Assembly: GCA_964574445.1 (NCBI GenBank)
Contig: CAZNNQ010000007.1
Span: forward strand, 1-56,936
Source: an uncultured Eubacteriales bacterium
Lineage (GTDB): Bacteria; Bacillota; Peptococcia; Peptococcales; SKKY01
Length of the DNA: 56,936 bases
Direction: 5' to 3'
Part shown: positions 9,313-22,041 of the stretch, in pieces
Position numbering within the stretch: the first letter of the stretch is position 1
How the letters are laid out: every line of letters starts with the position of its first letter
Made by a program: the position numbers and the translations under genes
The notes under the pieces: generated by a model
What the model was told of the DNA's origin: nothing
Database searches by the model: none
The model's input: only the letters and a program-made list of their open reading frames with translations

Positions 9313-10127
9313 AACTGCTCCACCATCTCTTCTATCGTTAATATATCACTAGGAAATGTCTTATCAATTTTATTTAATTCATAGGCAATTTCTGTAACTT
9401 GAGGGATATCAAGGCGAAGTTTTTTTAATTCATCCACTTTTGCGAACACTTCTCGTGGATTACCTTGAGTTACCACTTTTCCCTCTTCCATAACGATCAA
9501 TCTATCGGCTAATACAGCTTCTTCCATAAAATGGGTTATTAATACAATAGTTAAACCTTCTTCTTTATTTAACTGAATAATTGTATCAATAACTTCTCTT
9601 CTTCCTTCGGGATCAAGCATCGCCGTCGGCTCGTCTAGTACCAGATATGCTGGTCTCATTGCAATGATACCTGCAATAGCTATTCTTTGCTTCTGTCCTC
9701 CAGACAATAAATGTGGAGGTTTATTTCTGTAATCAGTCATCTTAACCTTGTCTAAAACTTCAATAATTCTCTCTTTCATGATCTTTTGGGGAATACCAAG
9801 ATTCTCCATCCCAAAAGCAATATCCTCTTCAACTGTTGTTGCTACAAGCTGATTGTCAGGATTTTGAAAAACCATACCAACTTTTTTTCTGATTTCCCAA
9901 AGATTTTCTTCATCTTTTGAATTTAGTCCATCAACAATTACTTCCCCTTTCCCAGGAAGTAATAAAGAATTCAAATGCTTGGCCAAAGTGGACTTTCCAC
10001 ATCCATTATGGCCAAGAACAACAATGAATTCCCCTTCATTAATTTGAAGGTTAACGCCATCAAGGGCTAGAGTTTCGTTTTCTTTCCCTTGGGAATAATA
10101 ATGATATAGATTCTCAACTTTAATCAT
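9303..10127 (-). CDS. ecfA1: ECF transporter ATPase
   Basis: GHNGCGKST, FQNPDNQ, LSGGQKQR, LDEPTAMLD. Confidence 0.95.
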   Translation of the reverse strand: MIKVENLYHYYSQGKENETLALDGVNLQINEGEFIVVLGHNGCGKSTLAKHLNSLLLPGKGEVIVDGLNSKDEENLWEIRKKVGMVFQNPDNQLVATTVEEDIAFGMENLGIPQKIMKERIIEVLDKVKMTDYRNKPPHLLSGGQKQRIAIAGIIAMRPAYLVLDEPTAMLDPEGRREVIDTIIQLNKEEGLTIVLITHFMEEAVLADRLIVMEEGKVVTQGNPREVFAKVDELKKLRLDIPQVTEIAYELNKIDKTFPSDILTIEEMVEQLCQ

Positions 10128-10149
10128 ATAAATTTCCCCTTAAATAAAT

Positions 10150-10178
10150 AAAAGTCAGGAAGATTAATCCTGACCCTT
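10150..10178 (-). terminator. Intrinsic terminator after rplQ
   Basis: GTCAGGA-N7-TCCTGAC followed by TTTTATTT. Confidence 0.75.
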
Positions 10179-10180
10179 AT

Positions 10181-10519
10181 TTATACTAGTTCTACTACTG
10201 CTGTTGGTGATGCGTCACCTCTACGGAAACCGGCTTTGATTATTCTTGTATATCCGCCCTGTCTCTCTGCATATTTTGGAGCAATATCTGTAAACAGGTT
10301 GTGCACAACAGTTTCATCTAAAATATAAGCCATAACTTGTCTTCTAGCGTGAAGATCACCGCGTTTACCAAGTGTAATCATTTTTTCAGCGATTCTTCTA
10401 ACTTCCTTAGCTTTAGGTTCAGTTGTTAATATTCTACCTTCTCTTAATAAAGAAGTTGTCATATTTCTTAACATCGACCTTCTATGGTCACTTCTTCTGC
10501 CTAATTTTCTGTAACCCAT
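10181..10519 (-). CDS. rplQ: 50S ribosomal protein L17
   Basis: [19 protein letters not shown]. Confidence 0.98.
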   Translation of the reverse strand: MGYRKLGRRSDHRRSMLRNMTTSLLREGRILTTEPKAKEVRRIAEKMITLGKRGDLHARRQVMAYILDETVVHNLFTDIAPKYAERQGGYTRIIKAGFRRGDASPTAVVELV

Positions 10520-10559
10520 TATATACTTCGCCTCCTTTTCCTTAGAATATTTCTTATCT

Positions 10560-11507
10560 CTATTCTTCGGAGGATTTTAAACCCAATCCTAAACTTAATA
10601 GTTTCTGTTTTATCTCTACCAAAGATTTTGTTCCCAGATTTCGAACTTTCATCATTTCTTCTTCTGTTTTCTGTGTAAGCTGTTGAACAGTAGTGATTCC
10701 AGCTCTCTTCAGACAGTTATGGGATCTGACAGTTAAATCAAGTTCCTCAATTGTCATTTCTAAAACATTATCCTTAGTGTCTTCCTCTTTTTCGATCATT
10801 ATTTCAATGTCGTTAGTAGATTCAGAAAGGTTAATAAATAATGACAAATGATCTGCTAAAACTTTTGCAGAAAGACTAATCGCTTGGGATGGAGTAATAC
10901 TCCCTCTAGTCCAAACTTCAAGAATTAATCTGTCATAATCTGTCTTTTGGCCAACTCTTGTGTCTTCTACTGAGAAGTTAACCTTTTTTATTGGTGAGAA
11001 GATTGCATCTATTGGAATTGTGCCAATTGAATCTTCCTCTTTTTTATTGCTAATAGCAGGGACATATCCTCTGCCTCTTTCAATTACCATCTCAATAAAT
11101 AGCTTTCCATTTTTATCAAGCGTCGCAATAACTTGTTCTGGGTTAAGAATTTCAACTTCTGGTCCTGCTATAATATCGCCAGCAGTGATAACTCCTTCTC
11201 CTTCTTTGTCAATGCGAATGACTTTTGGTTCATCGCTATTTAAGGCCAGGTTCAATTGTTTTAAATTTAAAACGATGTCAGTTACATCTTCAACTACTCC
11301 TGGAATTGTTGAGAATTCATGTAGAACTCCATCAATTTTTACAGAAGTAATTGCTGAACCTGGAAGTGAGGAAAGTAGAACTCTTCTTAAGGAATTACCT
11401 AAAGTTGTACCATACCCTCTTTCAAGCGGTTCAAGGACAAACTTACCATATGTTTTATTTTCATCTGAATCAACAAGTTCAATACTTGGCTTTTCAATTT
11501 CTATCAT
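10560..11507 (-). CDS. rpoA: RNA polymerase alpha subunit
   Basis: [17 protein letters not shown], alpha-[15 protein letters not shown]. Confidence 0.99.
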   Translation of the reverse strand: MIEIEKPSIELVDSDENKTYGKFVLEPLERGYGTTLGNSLRRVLLSSLPGSAITSVKIDGVLHEFSTIPGVVEDVTDIVLNLKQLNLALNSDEPKVIRIDKEGEGVITAGDIIAGPEVEILNPEQVIATLDKNGKLFIEMVIERGRGYVPAISNKKEEDSIGTIPIDAIFSPIKKVNFSVEDTRVGQKTDYDRLILEVWTRGSITPSQAISLSAKVLADHLSLFINLSESTNDIEIMIEKEEDTKDNVLEMTIEELDLTVRSHNCLKRAGITTVQQLTQKTEEEMMKVRNLGTKSLVEIKQKLLSLGLGLKSSEE

Positions 11508-11542
11508 TTAATAACCCCCTAGTCTTTTATTTTTTATTGAGA

Positions 11543-12169
11543 CTATCTGGAGTACAACTCAACTATCAACTGTTCACTTACTGGTATGTCAACATTTTCT
11601 CTGGCTGGTAATGCAACAATTTTAACAGCTAAGTTCTCTGCATCAAGATTCAACCATTCTGGTGTGTTTCCTTGACCAAGCTTCTCAACAATAGCTTTAA
11701 TAACTACTGATTTTTTACTTCCTTCTTTAAGCTGAATTTCATCCCCAACTTTTAAAATCATTGAAGGAATATTAGCTTTTCTGCCATTAACTTTGAAGTG
11801 GTTATGTCTTACAAGCTGTCTTGCTTGTGATCTTGAATCAGCAAAACCGGCTCTGAAAACAATGTTGTCAAATCTTTGTTCTAATTGAACAATAAGATTT
11901 TCACCAGTAACACCTTTTCTTCTATCAGCTTCTTTGAAATATTTTCTAAACTGGCCTTCGCCAATTCCATAAATTCTACGAGCTTTTTGTTTCTCTCTTA
12001 ACTGAAGTCCGTACTCAGATTGCTTAGATCTTCTTTGTCCGTGTTGACCAGGAGCGTAAGCTCTCTTTTCAAATGCACATTTTTCTGAGTAACATCTATC
12101 GCCTTTTAGAAAAAGTTTAACACCTTCTCTACGGCATAACCTACAAACAGGTCCTGTATATCTAGCCAT
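11543..12169 (-). CDS. rpsD: 30S ribosomal protein S4 (Cys-containing form)
   Basis: [16 protein letters not shown]...LIVELYSR. Confidence 0.98.
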   Translation of the reverse strand: MARYTGPVCRLCRREGVKLFLKGDRCYSEKCAFEKRAYAPGQHGQRRSKQSEYGLQLREKQKARRIYGIGEGQFRKYFKEADRRKGVTGENLIVQLEQRFDNIVFRAGFADSRSQARQLVRHNHFKVNGRKANIPSMILKVGDEIQLKEGSKKSVVIKAIVEKLGQGNTPEWLNLDAENLAVKIVALPARENVDIPVSEQLIVELYSR

Positions 12170-12186
12170 TATTAACTTAACACCTC

Positions 12187-12582
12187 CTATACTCTTCTAC
12201 GTTTTGGTGGACGACATCCGTTGTGGGGAATTGGAGTAACATCTTTAATTGTATTAACTTCCAAACCAGCAGCTTGTAATGATCTAATAGCTGCTTCACG
12301 TCCTGAACCAGGTCCTTTAACCATACATTCAACTTCTCTTAAACCGTGTTCCATTGCAGCTTTAGCTGCTTGTTCTCCGGCCATTTGAGCAGCAAAAGGG
12401 GTACTTTTTCTTGAACCTTTAAATCCAACGCCACCAGAACTTGCCCAAGCAATGGTGTTACCATTTGTATCAGTAATTGTTACAACTGTGTTATTGAAAG
12501 TTGACTGAATGTGAACAATACCCTTACTGATATTTTTTCTTTCTTTCTTTTTAACGCGTGTGCGTTTCTTTGGACTTGCCAT
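12187..12582 (-). CDS. rpsK: 30S ribosomal protein S11
   Basis: [24 protein letters not shown]. Confidence 0.99.
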   Translation of the reverse strand: MASPKKRTRVKKKERKNISKGIVHIQSTFNNTVVTITDTNGNTIAWASSGGVGFKGSRKSTPFAAQMAGEQAAKAAMEHGLREVECMVKGPGSGREAAIRSLQAAGLEVNTIKDVTPIPHNGCRPPKRRRV

Positions 12583-12598
12583 TAAAAATTCTCACCCC

Positions 12599-12967
12599 TT
12601 ATTTCTTTTTCTTTGATACAACTGATTTTATTTTACCCTTACGAGTACGAGCATTTGTTTTTGTTCTTTGACCACGAACAGGTAAACCTCTACGGTGTCT
12701 TAAACCTCTGTAGCAACCGATTTCAATAAGTCTCTTGATATTTAAAGAAACTTCTCTTCTTAAGTCACCTTCAGTTTGCATAGCACGAATAATTTCTCTT
12801 AATTGAGTAACTTCATCTTCCGTAAGGTCTTTTACTCTTGTATTTTTATCAATATTTGTTTGATCTAAAATTTTTAAAGACTGAGATCTTCCAATTCCGA
12901 AAATGTAAGTTAAAGCAATTTCAACTCTTTTATCTCTTGGTAAATCTACGCCGACAATTCTTGCCAT
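12599..12967 (-). CDS. rpsM: 30S ribosomal protein S13
   Basis: [28 protein letters not shown]. Confidence 0.99.
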   Translation of the reverse strand: MARIVGVDLPRDKRVEIALTYIFGIGRSQSLKILDQTNIDKNTRVKDLTEDEVTQLREIIRAMQTEGDLRREVSLNIKRLIEIGCYRGLRHRRGLPVRGQRTKTNARTRKGKIKSVVSKKKK

Positions 12968-12995
12968 TCTTTTATTGCACCTCCCCTAGGTTTTA

Positions 12996-13109
12996 CTACC
13001 CTTGTCTTTGCTTGTGCTTGGGATTTTCACAGATCACTCTTATTACACCGTTTCTGCGAATGATTTTACATTTTTCACAAATAGGTTTAACTGAAGCCCT
13101 TACCTTCAT
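12996..13109 (-). CDS. rpmJ: 50S ribosomal protein L36 (Zn-ribbon form)
   Basis: Below ORF cutoff. Manual translation [37 protein letters not shown]. Confidence 0.97.
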   Translation of the reverse strand: MKVRASVKPICEKCKIIRRNGVIRVICENPKHKQRQG

Positions 13110-13123
13110 AAGAAACCCTCCTT

Positions 13124-13339
13124 CTATTTATACCTGTAAGTAATTCTTCCTCTGGTTAAATCGTATGGTGAAAGTTCCAATGTAACTTTATCACCAGGTA
13201 GAATTTTAATAAAATTCATTCTGATTTTTCCAGAAACGTGGGCAAGTATTTTATGTCCGTTTTCTAATTCAACATGAAACATTGCATTTGGTAGTGGTTC
13301 AATTACTGTTCCTTCTACTTCTATTACTTCTTTAGACAT
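13124..13339 (-). CDS. infA: Translation initiation factor IF-1
   Basis: [29 protein letters not shown]. Confidence 0.98.
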   Translation of the reverse strand: MSKEVIEVEGTVIEPLPNAMFHVELENGHKILAHVSGKIRMNFIKILPGDKVTLELSPYDLTRGRITYRYK

Positions 13340-13362
13340 ACTCAAAAACCTCCTTTTTTACC

Positions 13363-13641
13363 TCAACTCTTTGCAACTAATCTATCCAAAGCATCCCGAA
13401 TATCTTTGTTTGTAACTTTCGAACCTGTCGAAAGCTTTTCATTAATTTCTTGGTCTATTTTTTCAGAATACCATAAATGGTTTATATTTTTTTTCTTAGG
13501 ATTACTTATTCTTTTATATTGACCATCAACTACATATACAAAAGTAGTATCCCAATCATAAATAATATATATTGTGTTTTTATCACGACCAGCTCTGGAA
13601 GTTACGAGTTGACCTTTTTGTATTTCTCTTTTTATTGGCAT
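13363..13641 (-). CDS. KOW-domain RNA-binding protein (L14e-like, YbzG-like)
   Basis: GQLVTSRAGRDK, VVDG, PKKKNINHL, in its usual position before infA. Confidence 0.85.
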   Translation of the reverse strand: MPIKREIQKGQLVTSRAGRDKNTIYIIYDWDTTFVYVVDGQYKRISNPKKKNINHLWYSEKIDQEINEKLSTGSKVTNKDIRDALDRLVAKS

Positions 13642-13722
13642 TAAATCACCTTTTAAATAAATTAGGGAGTAAAATCAGAATAAATTATGAGTATATCTAG
13701 ATAAGTCTCACCCACTAAAACT

Positions 13723-14394
<672 letters not shown>

Positions 14395-15651
14395 TTACTT
14401 CATAAAGCCTTCATAGTGTCTCATCAACAAACTAGCTTCTAATTGTTTCATTGTATCTAGTGCTACACCAACAACAATAAGAAGTGCAGTTCCGCCAAAA
14501 TAAACAGGGACAGCTGTTAAAGCAATCAGAATACTTGGAAGAACAGCAATAGCTGCAAGGAAAATTGCACCTGCTAAGGTAATTCTGTTCATTATTTTAG
14601 TAATGTAATCAGTAGTTGGTCTTCCTGGTCTAATACCTGGAATAAAACCACCGTTTTTCTTAATATTATCAGATACATCTGCAGGATTAAATGTAATTGC
14701 AGAATAGAAATACGTAAAGAACATAATAAGCATCGCATAGAAAACCATGTAAGGTATTGATGTAAAATCAAAAAATGATCCTATTGCTCTTGCAAAACCA
14801 TTATCTGGGAACCAGGATGCAATTGTTCCTGGGAACATCATAATTGACATCGCAAAAATTACCGGAATAACGCCTGCTGAGTTTACCTTTATTGGAATAT
14901 GCGTGCTTTGCCCGCCGTATACTTTTCTGCCAACAATTCTTTTTGCATAATGTACTGGAATTCTTCTTTGTCCTTCATTAACAGCAATTATTGCAACAAT
15001 AACAACTGCTGCTACTACTACAAATGCTACTAATGTAAATATTCCAATTGTTCCTGTTCTGAAATATTCTACCATAGCCATTACACCACCTGGAAGACTA
15101 GAAACAATACCAGCAAAGATAATGATGGAAATACCATTTCCAATACCTTTTTCAGTAATCATTTCCCCTAACCACATTAGAAATGCCGTTCCGGCTGTTA
15201 ATGTTAATGCTATTAATAAAATACTTGGGAAAGAAGTATTTTCAAGTGCAGTTCTAAATCCGAAAGATATACCAATACCTTGAACGAAACCAAGAATAAC
15301 AGTTAAATATCTTGTATATTCAACAATTTTCTTTCTTCCTTCCACACCTTCTTTAGCTAATCTTTCCAAAGAAGGAACAACAATTGTCAATAATTGAATA
15401 ATGATCGAAGCATTAATGTATGGCGTGATACTCATGGCAAAAATCGAAAAGTTTGCAAAAGCACCACCGGAAATAATATCAAAAAATCCTAAAAGCTGCC
15501 CCTGACCAATTAATTCTTGTAATACTTCCAATTTAATTCCTGGAATAGGGATGTGAGTCCCGATTCTAAATACAAGTATCATCATTAATGTGAATATTAT
15601 TTTTCGTCTGAGTTCTTCAACCTTAAAAACACTCTTTAATGCATCAACCAT
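14395..15651 (-). CDS. secY: Preprotein translocase subunit SecY
   Basis: SITPYINASII, WLGEMITEKGIGNG, IPGIRPG. Confidence 0.99.
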   Translation of the reverse strand: MVDALKSVFKVEELRRKIIFTLMMILVFRIGTHIPIPGIKLEVLQELIGQGQLLGFFDIISGGAFANFSIFAMSITPYINASIIIQLLTIVVPSLERLAKEGVEGRKKIVEYTRYLTVILGFVQGIGISFGFRTALENTSFPSILLIALTLTAGTAFLMWLGEMITEKGIGNGISIIIFAGIVSSLPGGVMAMVEYFRTGTIGIFTLVAFVVVAAVVIVAIIAVNEGQRRIPVHYAKRIVGRKVYGGQSTHIPIKVNSAGVIPVIFAMSIMMFPGTIASWFPDNGFARAIGSFFDFTSIPYMVFYAMLIMFFTYFYSAITFNPADVSDNIKKNGGFIPGIRPGRPTTDYITKIMNRITLAGAIFLAAIAVLPSILIALTAVPVYFGGTALLIVVGVALDTMKQLEASLLMRHYEGFMK

Positions 15652-15653
15652 TA

Positions 15654-16103
15654 TTAATTAATCACCTCGACACTGCCGCCAGCTTGTTCAATCTTTGCTT
15701 TAGCTGCTTCGCTAACAGCATGAACCTTGAAAACTAGTGGCTTGGATATTTCACCTCTTGAGAGAACCTTTACACCGTCTTTCATTTGATTAACTACGCC
15801 AGCTGCTTTTAAAGTTTCTGGTGTAACTTCAGCGTTTGCTTCGAACTTCTCATCAATCATGTCTAAGTTTATTGCAACATAAACTGTTTTAAATCTAGCA
15901 TTTGAAAAACCACGCTTTGGAAGTCTTCTTTGTAGTGGTGTTTGACCACCTTCAAAGTATGGGCCTTTTCCCCCGCCTGAACGAGCTTTTTGACCTTTGT
16001 GACCTCTACCTGCTGTTTTACCTAATCCACTACCAATACCTCTGGCTTTACGAGTTCTATCTTTTCTTGAACCCTCTGCCGGTTTAATTTCATGGAGCTT
16101 CAC
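15654..16103 (-). CDS. rplO: 50S ribosomal protein L15
   Basis: [25 protein letters not shown] start 16103 after GGAGGTG. Confidence 0.98.
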   Translation of the reverse strand: MKLHEIKPAEGSRKDRTRKARGIGSGLGKTAGRGHKGQKARSGGGKGPYFEGGQTPLQRRLPKRGFSNARFKTVYVAINLDMIDEKFEANAEVTPETLKAAGVVNQMKDGVKVLSRGEISKPLVFKVHAVSEAAKAKIEQAGGSVEVIN

Positions 16104-16126
16104 AGAGAACACCTCCTATCCTTTGC

Positions 16127-16306
16127 CTAAACTTCTTCTACTTTAACTAAATGACCTATTGTGTTAACCATGCCTCTGATAGCATCGTTGTCTTCTTTTA
16201 TAACTGATTTATTTAATTTAGTTAGGCCAAGAGTTTGGGCAGTTGCCATTTGTTTTGGTCCTCTTCCTATAGTGCTTTTCACTAAGGTAACCTTAATTTT
16301 TCCCAT
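16127..16306 (-). CDS. rpmD: 50S ribosomal protein L30
   Basis: Below ORF cutoff. Manual translation [59 protein letters not shown]. Confidence 0.96.
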   Translation of the reverse strand: MGKIKVTLVKSTIGRGPKQMATAQTLGLTKLNKSVIKEDNDAIRGMVNTIGHLVKVEEV

Positions 16307-16317
16307 TGTCTTGCCTC

Positions 16318-16836
16318 CTATTTAAGAATTTCTTCTACAGTCTTACCACGAAGAGCAGCAACATCTTCAACTTTTTTCAAAGATTCAAGACCTTGCATAG
16401 TAGCTTTAACAATATTAAGACTGTTACTTGATCCTAAAGACTTTGTAAGAATATCTTTAATACCACATAATTCCACTACAGCTCTAGCTGCTCCACCAGC
16501 GATAACTCCTGTACCAGGTGCTGCAGGCTTTAGCATAACTCTAGCTGCACCAAATTTACCAAGTACCTGGTGAGGAATTGTTGTATTTGTCATCGGAATT
16601 TCAACAACATTTCTCTTTGCATCCTCAACGGCTTTTCTAATTGCTTCTGGAACTTCTGATGCTTTACCCATTCCAATGCCAACCTTACCATTTTGGTTAC
16701 CTACTGCAACTAAAGCACTAAAGTTGAAACGACGTCCACCTTTTACTACTTTAGCAACACGGTTAATGAAAATTACTTTTTCTTGAAATTCCTGTTGTTT
16801 TTCTGAACCTCTTTGTCTATCTGTACCTCTAGCCAA
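16318..16836 (-). CDS. rpsE: 30S ribosomal protein S5
   Basis: [24 protein letters not shown]. Confidence 0.98.
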   Translation of the reverse strand: MARGTDRQRGSEKQQEFQEKVIFINRVAKVVKGGRRFNFSALVAVGNQNGKVGIGMGKASEVPEAIRKAVEDAKRNVVEIPMTNTTIPHQVLGKFGAARVMLKPAAPGTGVIAGGAARAVVELCGIKDILTKSLGSSNSLNIVKATMQGLESLKKVEDVAALRGKTVEEILK

Positions 16837-16863
16837 AAGATTTTCCCTCCTTCACCAAAAAAA

Positions 16864-17214
16864 TTAAAACTCTAATCCTGCTTCTCTTGCGCCTTCTGCA
16901 AAAGATTTAATTCTGCCATGATACATTAATCCGCCACGATCGAATACTACTTTTGTAATTCCCTGTTCAAGAGCTTTCTTTGCAACTTCAGCGCCAACTT
17001 TCTTAGCACCTTCTGCATTTCCACCAAAATCTTCTTTTAAAGAAGAAGCAGAAACAAGAGTAACTCCCTTTTGATCATCAATGATTTGTCCATAGATATT
17101 ATTTAAACTTCTATAAACACAAAGACGAGGTCTTTCAGCAGTTCCTTTTAAAGTATATCTAATTCTTGCATGTTTTTTTGCTCTAGTTTTTTTCCTAGGT
17201 GTTTTCTTTATCAT
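16864..17214 (-). CDS. rplR: 50S ribosomal protein L18
   Basis: [22 protein letters not shown]. Confidence 0.98.
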   Translation of the reverse strand: MIKKTPRKKTRAKKHARIRYTLKGTAERPRLCVYRSLNNIYGQIIDDQKGVTLVSASSLKEDFGGNAEGAKKVGAEVAKKALEQGITKVVFDRGGLMYHGRIKSFAEGAREAGLEF

Positions 17215-17242
17215 TAAAGTCACCCCTTTCCACTATGCCTTA

Positions 17243-17785
17243 CTACTTACCAGAAGTTTTACCTGGTCTTATTTTAACTACTTCAGTTGTATATCTGATA
17301 CCTTTACCTTTATATGGTTCAGGCTCTCTAACAGCTCTAATGTTAGCTGCAAGACTTCCTACTTTTTCCTTGTCAATACCTTTAACAATTATTGTGTCTT
17401 GTGTTGGAACTTCTATTTCAGTATTTTCGTAGGCTTCCATTTCTACTGGGTGTGAATATCCAGCTGCTAATACAAGCTTTTTACCTTGCATTGAAGCTCT
17501 GTATCCAACACCAACCATTTTCAATGACTTCTGATATCCTTCAGAAACACCTACTACCATATTATTTATTAGAGTTCTTGTCAGACCATGTAATGCTCTG
17601 TGGTTTTTTTCATCTGATGGACGCTTAACTACAACTGCACCATCTTCGATTGAAATTTCCATTTCGCTTGAAAGATTTCTTGAAAGTGTTCCCTTAGGAC
17701 CTTTAACTTCTACAAGATTATCTTCTTTAACATTTACCTCAACACCACTTGGAATATTGACAGGAAGTTTACCAATTCTGGACAT
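17243..17785 (-). CDS. rplF: 50S ribosomal protein L6
   Basis: [19 protein letters not shown]. Confidence 0.99.
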   Translation of the reverse strand: MSRIGKLPVNIPSGVEVNVKEDNLVEVKGPKGTLSRNLSSEMEISIEDGAVVVKRPSDEKNHRALHGLTRTLINNMVVGVSEGYQKSLKMVGVGYRASMQGKKLVLAAGYSHPVEMEAYENTEIEVPTQDTIIVKGIDKEKVGSLAANIRAVREPEPYKGKGIRYTTEVVKIRPGKTSGK

Positions 17786-17806
17786 ATTAATACCTCCCGA
17801 TTATTA

Positions 17807-18205
17807 TTACCATACGTAGCAGATTACTTCTCCGCCAAGGCCATTTTTACGAGCAACTTTATCTGTTACTATACCTTGAGATGTAGAAATAACCGCAACT
17901 CCTAAGCCACCTAGGACTTTTGGAACTTCATCTTTTTTGCAGTAAACTCTTAAACTAGGTTTGCTAATTCTTTTAAGTCCACTGATTACTTTTTGATTGT
18001 TATCGCCATATTTAAGGAACATTCTAATCATTCCCTGCTTGCTATCCTCGATAACCTCATAATCTTTTATAAATCCTTCTGATTTAAGGATATCTGCTAA
18101 GTTAATTTTAACTTTTGATGCAGGTACCTCTACAGTATCATGTTTAATCATATTTGCATTTCTGACTCTTGTTAAAAAATCAGCAATTGGATCAGTCATA
18201 ACCAT
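17807..18205 (-). CDS. rpsH: 30S ribosomal protein S8
   Basis: [24 protein letters not shown]. Confidence 0.99.
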   Translation of the reverse strand: MVMTDPIADFLTRVRNANMIKHDTVEVPASKVKINLADILKSEGFIKDYEVIEDSKQGMIRMFLKYGDNNQKVISGLKRISKPSLRVYCKKDEVPKVLGGLGVAVISTSQGIVTDKVARKNGLGGEVICYVW

Positions 18206-18238
18206 ATTATTTATTTACCTCCTTCCATCACTTGAGGT

Positions 18239-18418
18239 TTACCAACTGGCTTTTGTAACTCCAGGTAGTTGCCCTTTATAAGCAAGTTCTCTAAAGCAGA
18301 TACGGCATATTCCAAATTTACGCATGTAAGCGTGTGGTCTTCCACATACTTTACATCTATTAACTACTTGTACTTTAAACTTGGGAGCCCTGCGAACTCT
18401 CATTGAAACTTTAGCCAC
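18239..18418 (-). CDS. rpsN: 30S ribosomal protein S14 type Z (Zn-binding)
   Basis: Below ORF cutoff, GTG start. [59 protein letters not shown] (59 aa). Confidence 0.97.
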   Translation of the reverse strand: MAKVSMRVRRAPKFKVQVVNRCKVCGRPHAYMRKFGICRICFRELAYKGQLPGVTKASW

Positions 18419-18448
18419 TAATTCTTACCTCCTTTTAATTAAAGAGAT

Positions 18449-18991
18449 CTAGTTTTTGCTAAATGGCATTCCACTTAATCTCAATAATTCTCTTCCTTCT
18501 TCATCAGTTTTTGCTGTTGTTACAAAAACCACTTCTAATCCACGTACTTTATCAACTTTTTCATAGTCGATTTCCGGGAAAATCAACTGCTCTTTTAAAC
18601 CCAAGCTATAATTTCCTCTTCCATCAAATGCTTTAGGGGATACACCTCTAAAGTCACGAACTCTTGGAAGTACAATATTAACTAGCTTATCAATAAAATC
18701 ATACATTCTCTCTCCGCGTAGAGTTACTTTTGCACCTATTGGCATTCCTTCTCTAAGCTTGAAAGTAGCAATTGATTTTTTAGCCCGCGTAACAATCGGC
18801 TTCTGACCAGAAATTAATGTAAGATCTTCAACCGCTGCATCTAGTACTTTTGTATTAGCTACTGCTTCTCCAAGACCAATATTAATAACTACTTTTTCAA
18901 ATTTAGGAATTTCCATAACACTTTTATATGCAAATTTTTCTTGCATTAAGGGAATCATTTCATTCTGATACTTTTCCTTTAATCTGGCCAA
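18449..18991 (-). CDS. rplE: 50S ribosomal protein L5
   Basis: [21 protein letters not shown]. Confidence 0.99.
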   Translation of the reverse strand: MARLKEKYQNEMIPLMQEKFAYKSVMEIPKFEKVVINIGLGEAVANTKVLDAAVEDLTLISGQKPIVTRAKKSIATFKLREGMPIGAKVTLRGERMYDFIDKLVNIVLPRVRDFRGVSPKAFDGRGNYSLGLKEQLIFPEIDYEKVDKVRGLEVVFVTTAKTDEEGRELLRLSGMPFSKN

Positions 18992-19017
18992 CTCCGTAAG
19001 CCTCCTTTCCGCATTTC

Positions 19018-19341
19018 TTATTTATCGAACACTTCTCCACATTTAGCACAAGATCTAACTTTGCTACCATCTGAAAGAACTTTTTTTGTGATTCTAACAC
19101 CTTTACCACATTTTGTGCAGTATGGCATTGCATTTGAAGCATGAATCGCAGCTTCTCTTTCAATGATGCCCCCTTGGGGATTAGCCTTGTTTGGCTTTGA
19201 ATGTCTCTTTATTACATTAACACCTTCAACTATTAACTTATCTTCTTTTGGCATAGCTTGAAGGACATTACCTCTTTTGCCTTTATCTTTTCCAGCAGTA
19301 ATTACTACTGAATCTCCTTTTTTTACATGAAGTTTTGCCAT
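19018..19341 (-). CDS. rplX: 50S ribosomal protein L24
   Basis: [24 protein letters not shown]. Carries CTKC/CAKC. Confidence 0.98.
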   Translation of the reverse strand: MAKLHVKKGDSVVITAGKDKGKRGNVLQAMPKEDKLIVEGVNVIKRHSKPNKANPQGGIIEREAAIHASNAMPYCTKCGKGVRITKKVLSDGSKVRSCAKCGEVFDK

Positions 19342-19365
19342 TTATTTCACCTCCAGGGCTTGTTG

Positions 19366-19734
19366 TTACAGCACTTCAGGAGCCAAAGATATAATTTTCA
19401 TAAAATCTTTGTCACGTAATTCTCTAGCAACAGGGCCAAAGATACGTGTGCCTCTTGGACTGCGATCATCTTTAATTATTACTGCAGCGTTCTCATTGAA
19501 CTTAATGTAGGAGCCGTCTTTTCTTTTTACAGGACGAACGCTTCTTACTACTACAGCCTTTACAACATCACCTTTTTTTACCATGCCACCAGGAGCAGCA
19601 TCTTTAACTGCACAAACGATGATATCGCCAACACCTGCATATCTGCGTCTTGTGCCGCCTAATACTCTAATACATAGAAGCTCTTTAGCTCCAGTATTAT
19701 CGCCAACTTTTAATCTAGTTTCTTGTTGAATCAT
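19366..19734 (-). CDS. rplN: 50S ribosomal protein L14
   Basis: [22 protein letters not shown]. Confidence 0.99.
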   Translation of the reverse strand: MIQQETRLKVGDNTGAKELLCIRVLGGTRRRYAGVGDIIVCAVKDAAPGGMVKKGDVVKAVVVRSVRPVKRKDGSYIKFNENAAVIIKDDRSPRGTRIFGPVARELRDKDFMKIISLAPEVL

Positions 19735-19771
19735 CTTTCGAAAACCTCCCTTCGAAAGCAGGTTACCTATT

Positions 19772-20032
19772 TTAGATGATAGGCGCTTTCTCTACTATTT
19801 CAATCAATCTCCATCTTTTATCTTTGCTAAGAGGGCGGGTTTCCATGATTTTAACCTTATCGCCGATCCTGCATTCATTTTGCTCATCATGAGCTTTATA
19901 TTTCTTAGTAACTGTTTTGTATTTTTTATAGATCGGATGTCTTTCCTGACTTTCGATAGCAACTGTAATAGTTTTATCCATTTTATCGCTAACTACTTTT
20001 CCGATACGAACCTTACGTGCAGCTCTATCCAA
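19772..20032 (-). CDS. rpsQ: 30S ribosomal protein S17
   Basis: [22 protein letters not shown]. Probable TTG start 20032. Confidence 0.97.
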   Translation of the reverse strand: MDRAARKVRIGKVVSDKMDKTITVAIESQERHPIYKKYKTVTKKYKAHDEQNECRIGDKVKIMETRPLSKDKRWRLIEIVEKAPII

Positions 20033-20046
20033 CTCATTTACCCCCT

Positions 20047-20259
20047 TCACTTAACTTTGGGTCTCTCTATATTTAATTCACGCTCTCTAAGAACAGTTTT
20101 TGATTTCGCGATATCTTTTTTAACTGTCTTAATTCTCATTGGATTGTCCAACTGGCCAGTAGCCATCTGAAAGCGTAGATTAAACAATTCTTCCTTTAGA
20201 CTCAATATCTTTGTCTCAAGTTCTTGTGTTGTAAAATCTCTAAATTCTTTTGCTTTCAT
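20047..20259 (-). CDS. rpmC: 50S ribosomal protein L29
   Basis: [16 protein letters not shown]. Confidence 0.98.
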   Translation of the reverse strand: MKAKEFRDFTTQELETKILSLKEELFNLRFQMATGQLDNPMRIKTVKKDIAKSKTVLRERELNIERPKVK

Positions 20260-20684
20260 TATTCTTCACCACCAATTTCTTCCTTTTTCACAAACTTACA
20301 TCTTACAGGAAGCTTGTGCATCGCAAGTCTGAATGCTTCTCTAGCAACTTCTTCAGTTACTCCAGACATTTCAAACAATACACGTCCTGGCTTAATTACC
20401 GCTACCCAGTATTCTGGTGAACCTTTACCTGATCCCATTCTAGTTTCAGCAGGCTTTGCAGTAATTGGCTTGTGAGGGAATATTTTAATCCAAACTTTAC
20501 CACCACGTTTTGTATAACGAGTCATAGCAATACGGGCTGCTTCAATTTGTCTACTGGTAATCCATGATGCATCTAAAGACTTAAGTCCAAATTCTCCGTA
20601 TGATATAGCGTTGCCTTTATTTGCATTTCCAGTCATTTTTGGTCTGTGTTGTCTACGCCATTTTACTCTTTTAGGCATTAACAT
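20259..20684 (-). CDS. rplP: 50S ribosomal protein L16
   Basis: [17 protein letters not shown]. Confidence 0.99.
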   Translation of the reverse strand: MLMPKRVKWRRQHRPKMTGNANKGNAISYGEFGLKSLDASWITSRQIEAARIAMTRYTKRGGKVWIKIFPHKPITAKPAETRMGSGKGSPEYWVAVIKPGRVLFEMSGVTEEVAREAFRLAMHKLPVRCKFVKKEEIGGEE

Positions 20685-20687
20685 GGT

Positions 20688-21356
20688 TTATTCCTCCTCT
20701 TTAACAGGTTGTGGAGTGTTTTTTGCCTCTGGCAGAATTTCGCCATTGTAAATCCAAACTTTTACTCCAAGTTTACCGTAAGTAGTATCCGCCTCCGCAA
20801 ATGCATAATCTATATCTGCTCTAAGAGTATGAAGAGGAACTTTTCCTTCACTCATCCACTCTGTTCTTGCGATTTCTGCTCCTCCAAGTCTTCCTGAAAC
20901 AGCAATTTTGATACCTTTTGCACCACTCTTAAGAGCTCTGCTGATAGCTTGTTTTATAGCTCTTCTAAATGCAACCCTTTTTTCAAGTTGAGCTGCTACA
21001 GATTCAGCTACAAGCTGTGAATCTTTTTCCGGTTTTTTTACTTCCTGTATATTGATATTAACTTCTTTATTTGTCATTTTCTTTAACTGCTGTTTTAGAG
21101 CTTCGATTTCAGAACCGTTTCTTCCGATTACGATACCCGGTTTAGCAGTGAAGATAGTTATTTTAACTCTTGTGTTTGCTGCTCTTTCAATTATTATGTT
21201 TGAAATTCCAGCAGTAAAAAGTTTTTTCTTAATATATTCTCTGATTTTCAAGTCCTCTTGCAGTAACTCAACATATAATTTATCTGCATACCATCTTGCA
21301 TCCCAATTTTTGATGATACCGATTCTGAGACCTTTAGGACTAACTTTTTGACCCAC
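20688..21356 (-). CDS. rpsC: 30S ribosomal protein S3
   Basis: [24 protein letters not shown]. Confidence 0.99.
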   Translation of the reverse strand: MGQKVSPKGLRIGIIKNWDARWYADKLYVELLQEDLKIREYIKKKLFTAGISNIIIERAANTRVKITIFTAKPGIVIGRNGSEIEALKQQLKKMTNKEVNINIQEVKKPEKDSQLVAESVAAQLEKRVAFRRAIKQAISRALKSGAKGIKIAVSGRLGGAEIARTEWMSEGKVPLHTLRADIDYAFAEADTTYGKLGVKVWIYNGEILPEAKNTPQPVKEEE

Positions 21357-21360
21357 TTAA

Positions 21361-21702
21361 TTATCCCTCCTTCTTCTCAGCTACAACCACAGTAATATGG
21401 CTTGTTCTTTTACGAATTAAATCCGCTTTTCCCATTGCTCTTGGTTTTTGTCTCTTTAAAGTCGGACCCTGATCAACATGACAAGCTTTTACATAAAGAT
21501 TGTCTGTATCTAATTCCAAATTATTTTCAGCATTAGCAACTGCAGACTTAAGAACTTTCTCAACTAAAAAAGCTGCTTTTTTAGGAGTAAACTTCAAAGT
21601 AGCATAAGCTTCCTGCACATCTTTACCTCTAATAACGTTCATAACTTGTTGAACTTTCATTGGCGAAATTCTAATATATTTCGCAACTGCTTTTGTTTCC
21701 AT
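21361..21702 (-). CDS. rplV: 50S ribosomal protein L22
   Basis: [25 protein letters not shown]. Confidence 0.98.
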   Translation of the reverse strand: METKAVAKYIRISPMKVQQVMNVIRGKDVQEAYATLKFTPKKAAFLVEKVLKSAVANAENNLELDTDNLYVKACHVDQGPTLKRQKPRAMGKADLIRKRTSHITVVVAEKKEG

Positions 21703-21735
21703 TTTACTAAGAACCCCCTCTCTCTTCCGGACTCC

Positions 21736-22017
21736 TTATCTTAAACCTGAAGACTTTTCTGAATCTGTGTGACCTTTATATGTTCTTGTTGGAGAAAATT
21801 CTCCTAATTTATGTCCTACCATGTCCTCTGTTACGTACACAGGAACATGCTTTCTACCATCGTGAACGGCAATTGTATGTCCTATAAACTCTGGAAAGAT
21901 TGTTGAGCTTCTTGACCATGTCTTAATCAGCTTCTTTTCATTGCTTTCGTTCATCTGAAGAATTCTTTTATAAAGACGTTCTTCAACATAAGGTCCTTTT
22001 TTTACTGATCTGCCCAT
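21736..22017 (-). CDS. rpsS: 30S ribosomal protein S19
   Basis: [16 protein letters not shown]. Confidence 0.99.
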   Translation of the reverse strand: MGRSVKKGPYVEERLYKRILQMNESNEKKLIKTWSRSSTIFPEFIGHTIAVHDGRKHVPVYVTEDMVGHKLGEFSPTRTYKGHTDSEKSSGLR

Positions 22018-22041
22018 TAAGCGATTGCCTCCTTTCTCAGA

